A stretch of 36,977 nucleotides of DNA from Catajapyx aquilonaris (Eukaryota), in contig KZ539010.1 of NCBI GenBank assembly GCA_000934665.2, positions 1 through 36,977 on the forward strand, read 5' to 3'. A program made the translations under genes and the position numbers. How positions within the stretch are numbered: the stretch's first letter is position 1; every line of letters begins with the position of its first letter. Positions 35,540-36,977 of this stretch are shown piece after piece. A model generated the notes under the pieces. The model was given only the letters and a program-made list of their open reading frames with translations, did no database searches and was not told the origin of the DNA.

Positions 35540-35953
35540 TTTTATTTTATTTTTATTTTTAGATTTCTCCCGTGCTAGAGCCATGGGCTCTCTTAGGGGA
35601 GTGGATTACCACTATCGTGCAGGGACAGGGTAGGGTTAGGAGGGGGGGACACTGGTGCATGTACAATGTCTCAGGTTGGGGGTCGTGTGCAGTCCCTCGG
35701 GGGGTCCGTTCGCCATAGATGACTCCCTAGATGCGGGTCAGAAACCCCCGCCTGACCCGCACCTCCTCCAGGACAGGGAACGGAAGGAAGCGGCTGTGGC
35801 CTATTTTACGGTACGATCCCGGAAATTATTCCTGGGGCGACCTTGGGAAACCACAGAAAACCAAGGTCAGGATCGCCGGCCTCCGGGATTCGAACCCAGG
35901 ATCTCCCGATTAGCAGTCGGACACCATATCCACTACACCACTACTGCTTCGGT
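35540..35953 (-). mobile_element. Chimeric tRNA SINE: B head and core, A-like body module, A-type tail
   Basis: Head nearly identical to 32101, followed by GTCAGG..CTGACCCGC...GACTGCACA...TGAGACATTG resembling the family A body; TSD CAATGTTGCGTTT / CAATTTTGCATTT. Confidence 0.82.
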
Positions 35954-36142
35954 CAATTTTGCATTTGCATTCATTGAAAAATCATCTTGACTAGAAAAAG
36001 GCAGGAGGGGGAAGGGGACAGAAATGGGACGGATGCACTATTGAGCGCGCCGGATCTGACGTCACTCATATCTCGAAAATGGCCGTGAAGTGCATCTTTT
36101 TACGCTCACCAATGAATTCTACACTTGTGATTTACCCACTGA

Positions 36143-36977
36143 GGGCCGATTTCTCGAACAGTGGTTCAAATGTAAACAAGGTTCAAGTCCGGTTTGAACC
36201 CAGTTGAGAGAAATTTCCATTTCTCGAGGCAAAAGTAAACCATGGATACGGTTTAAACTCGGTTCACATCTGACGGCCCGATTGCCGGCCGTTATCTGAA
36301 ATAAACCGGGTTTGGAATGCCGGGAACAACAATGAAAGGTGTCATTTTTTGACTAGTTGCCGACGTTGCACCGCAAAATGAGTTTTTATGGCACTTCTCG
36401 GAGGCCAAAAAATTCCCCCTGTGAACCATAGATAGTGCAAATCTTTGTCTTTCTAATGGTATATTTGAAACTTAGAAATCGCAACTATGTGTAATAATAA
36501 TTAAGTTAATTACACACCTCAAGTTATCTCTGCTTTTCTCATCCGAATTACTTCGTGAATGTATCGAAGGCAAGCCAGAAATGTGCGTGATAAAATTACA
36601 TTGTGCTCTATTGCACTAAAAATTTTAAAAGTATTGTTTCAGTAAGTTTAATAGACAAGTACTCACCAGCCCGATTTCTGGCGGGAATAGACGGCGATAC
36701 TTTTAAATACGTTTAAAATTTTTAGTGTAGCACTATGTAATTTTATCACGCACATTTCTGGCTTTCCGTCGGTACATTCGCGAAGTAATTCGGATTATAA
36801 ACGCCGAGATAACAGAGGTGTGCAATTACCTTAATTATGATTACACAAATGGCGATTTCTAAGTTTCAAATATATCATTTGAAAGACAAAGATTTGCACT
36901 ATCCAGGGTCCACAGCGTGAATTTTTTGGCCTCCGAGAAGTGTCATAAAAAATTCATTTTGCGGCGTAACGTCGGCA
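36143..36977 (-). mobile_element. PIF/Harbinger-like palindromic element (copy 2, inverted relative to 16814-17934, runs off the window)
   Basis: 36143 onward is a close reverse complement of 17933 back to ~17116. Confidence 0.85.

Noticed and set aside
35690..35790. Canonical HDV-like ribozyme (minus strand ATGGCGAACGGAC resembles the HDV J4/2-P2 end)
   Set aside because: No valid P3/L3 with a P1.1 pairing and no 7-bp P1 in the required order could be drawn; kept only as a generic structured-module finding.
10500..35953. tRNA genes at the A-box/B-box motifs (near 10550, 10920, 11560, 24690, 25230, 32130, 35910)
   Set aside because: Each continues into a repeated body, a simple-repeat tail and usually a TSD, so they are SINE heads; no clean cloverleaf.
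1..36977. Autonomous transposase or reverse-transcriptase gene, or a novel protein-coding system
   Set aside because: No long ORF exists outside the four ARID2 exons; only a decayed mariner fragment is recognisable.

Overview
Eukaryotic genomic DNA, most likely from an insect or other arthropod. The window holds four internal + strand coding exons of an ARID2/BAF200 (Drosophila Bap170-like) PBAF chromatin-remodelling subunit: 7943-8161, 19295-19772, 26083-26593 and 31108-31694. All have GT-AG sites and the phases join in frame, covering the ARM-like region and the start of the RFX-type winged helix. The ARID domain and C-terminus lie outside the window. The remaining ~95% is intron, densely packed with nested non-autonomous DNA transposons (Sola2-like, Tc1/mariner, hAT, piggyBac, PIF/Harbinger types), many of them long fold-back palindromes, plus nine tRNA-derived SINE copies. 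The most notable signal is a modular SINE system: three different tRNA-like heads, swappable body modules (including a clear V-SINE domain) and one shared 3' stem-loop that covaries across eight copies. Nearly all other listed ORFs are spurious. No prokaryotic-type system is supported. All comparisons were made by eye, and comparisons to known families rest on recalled sequences.
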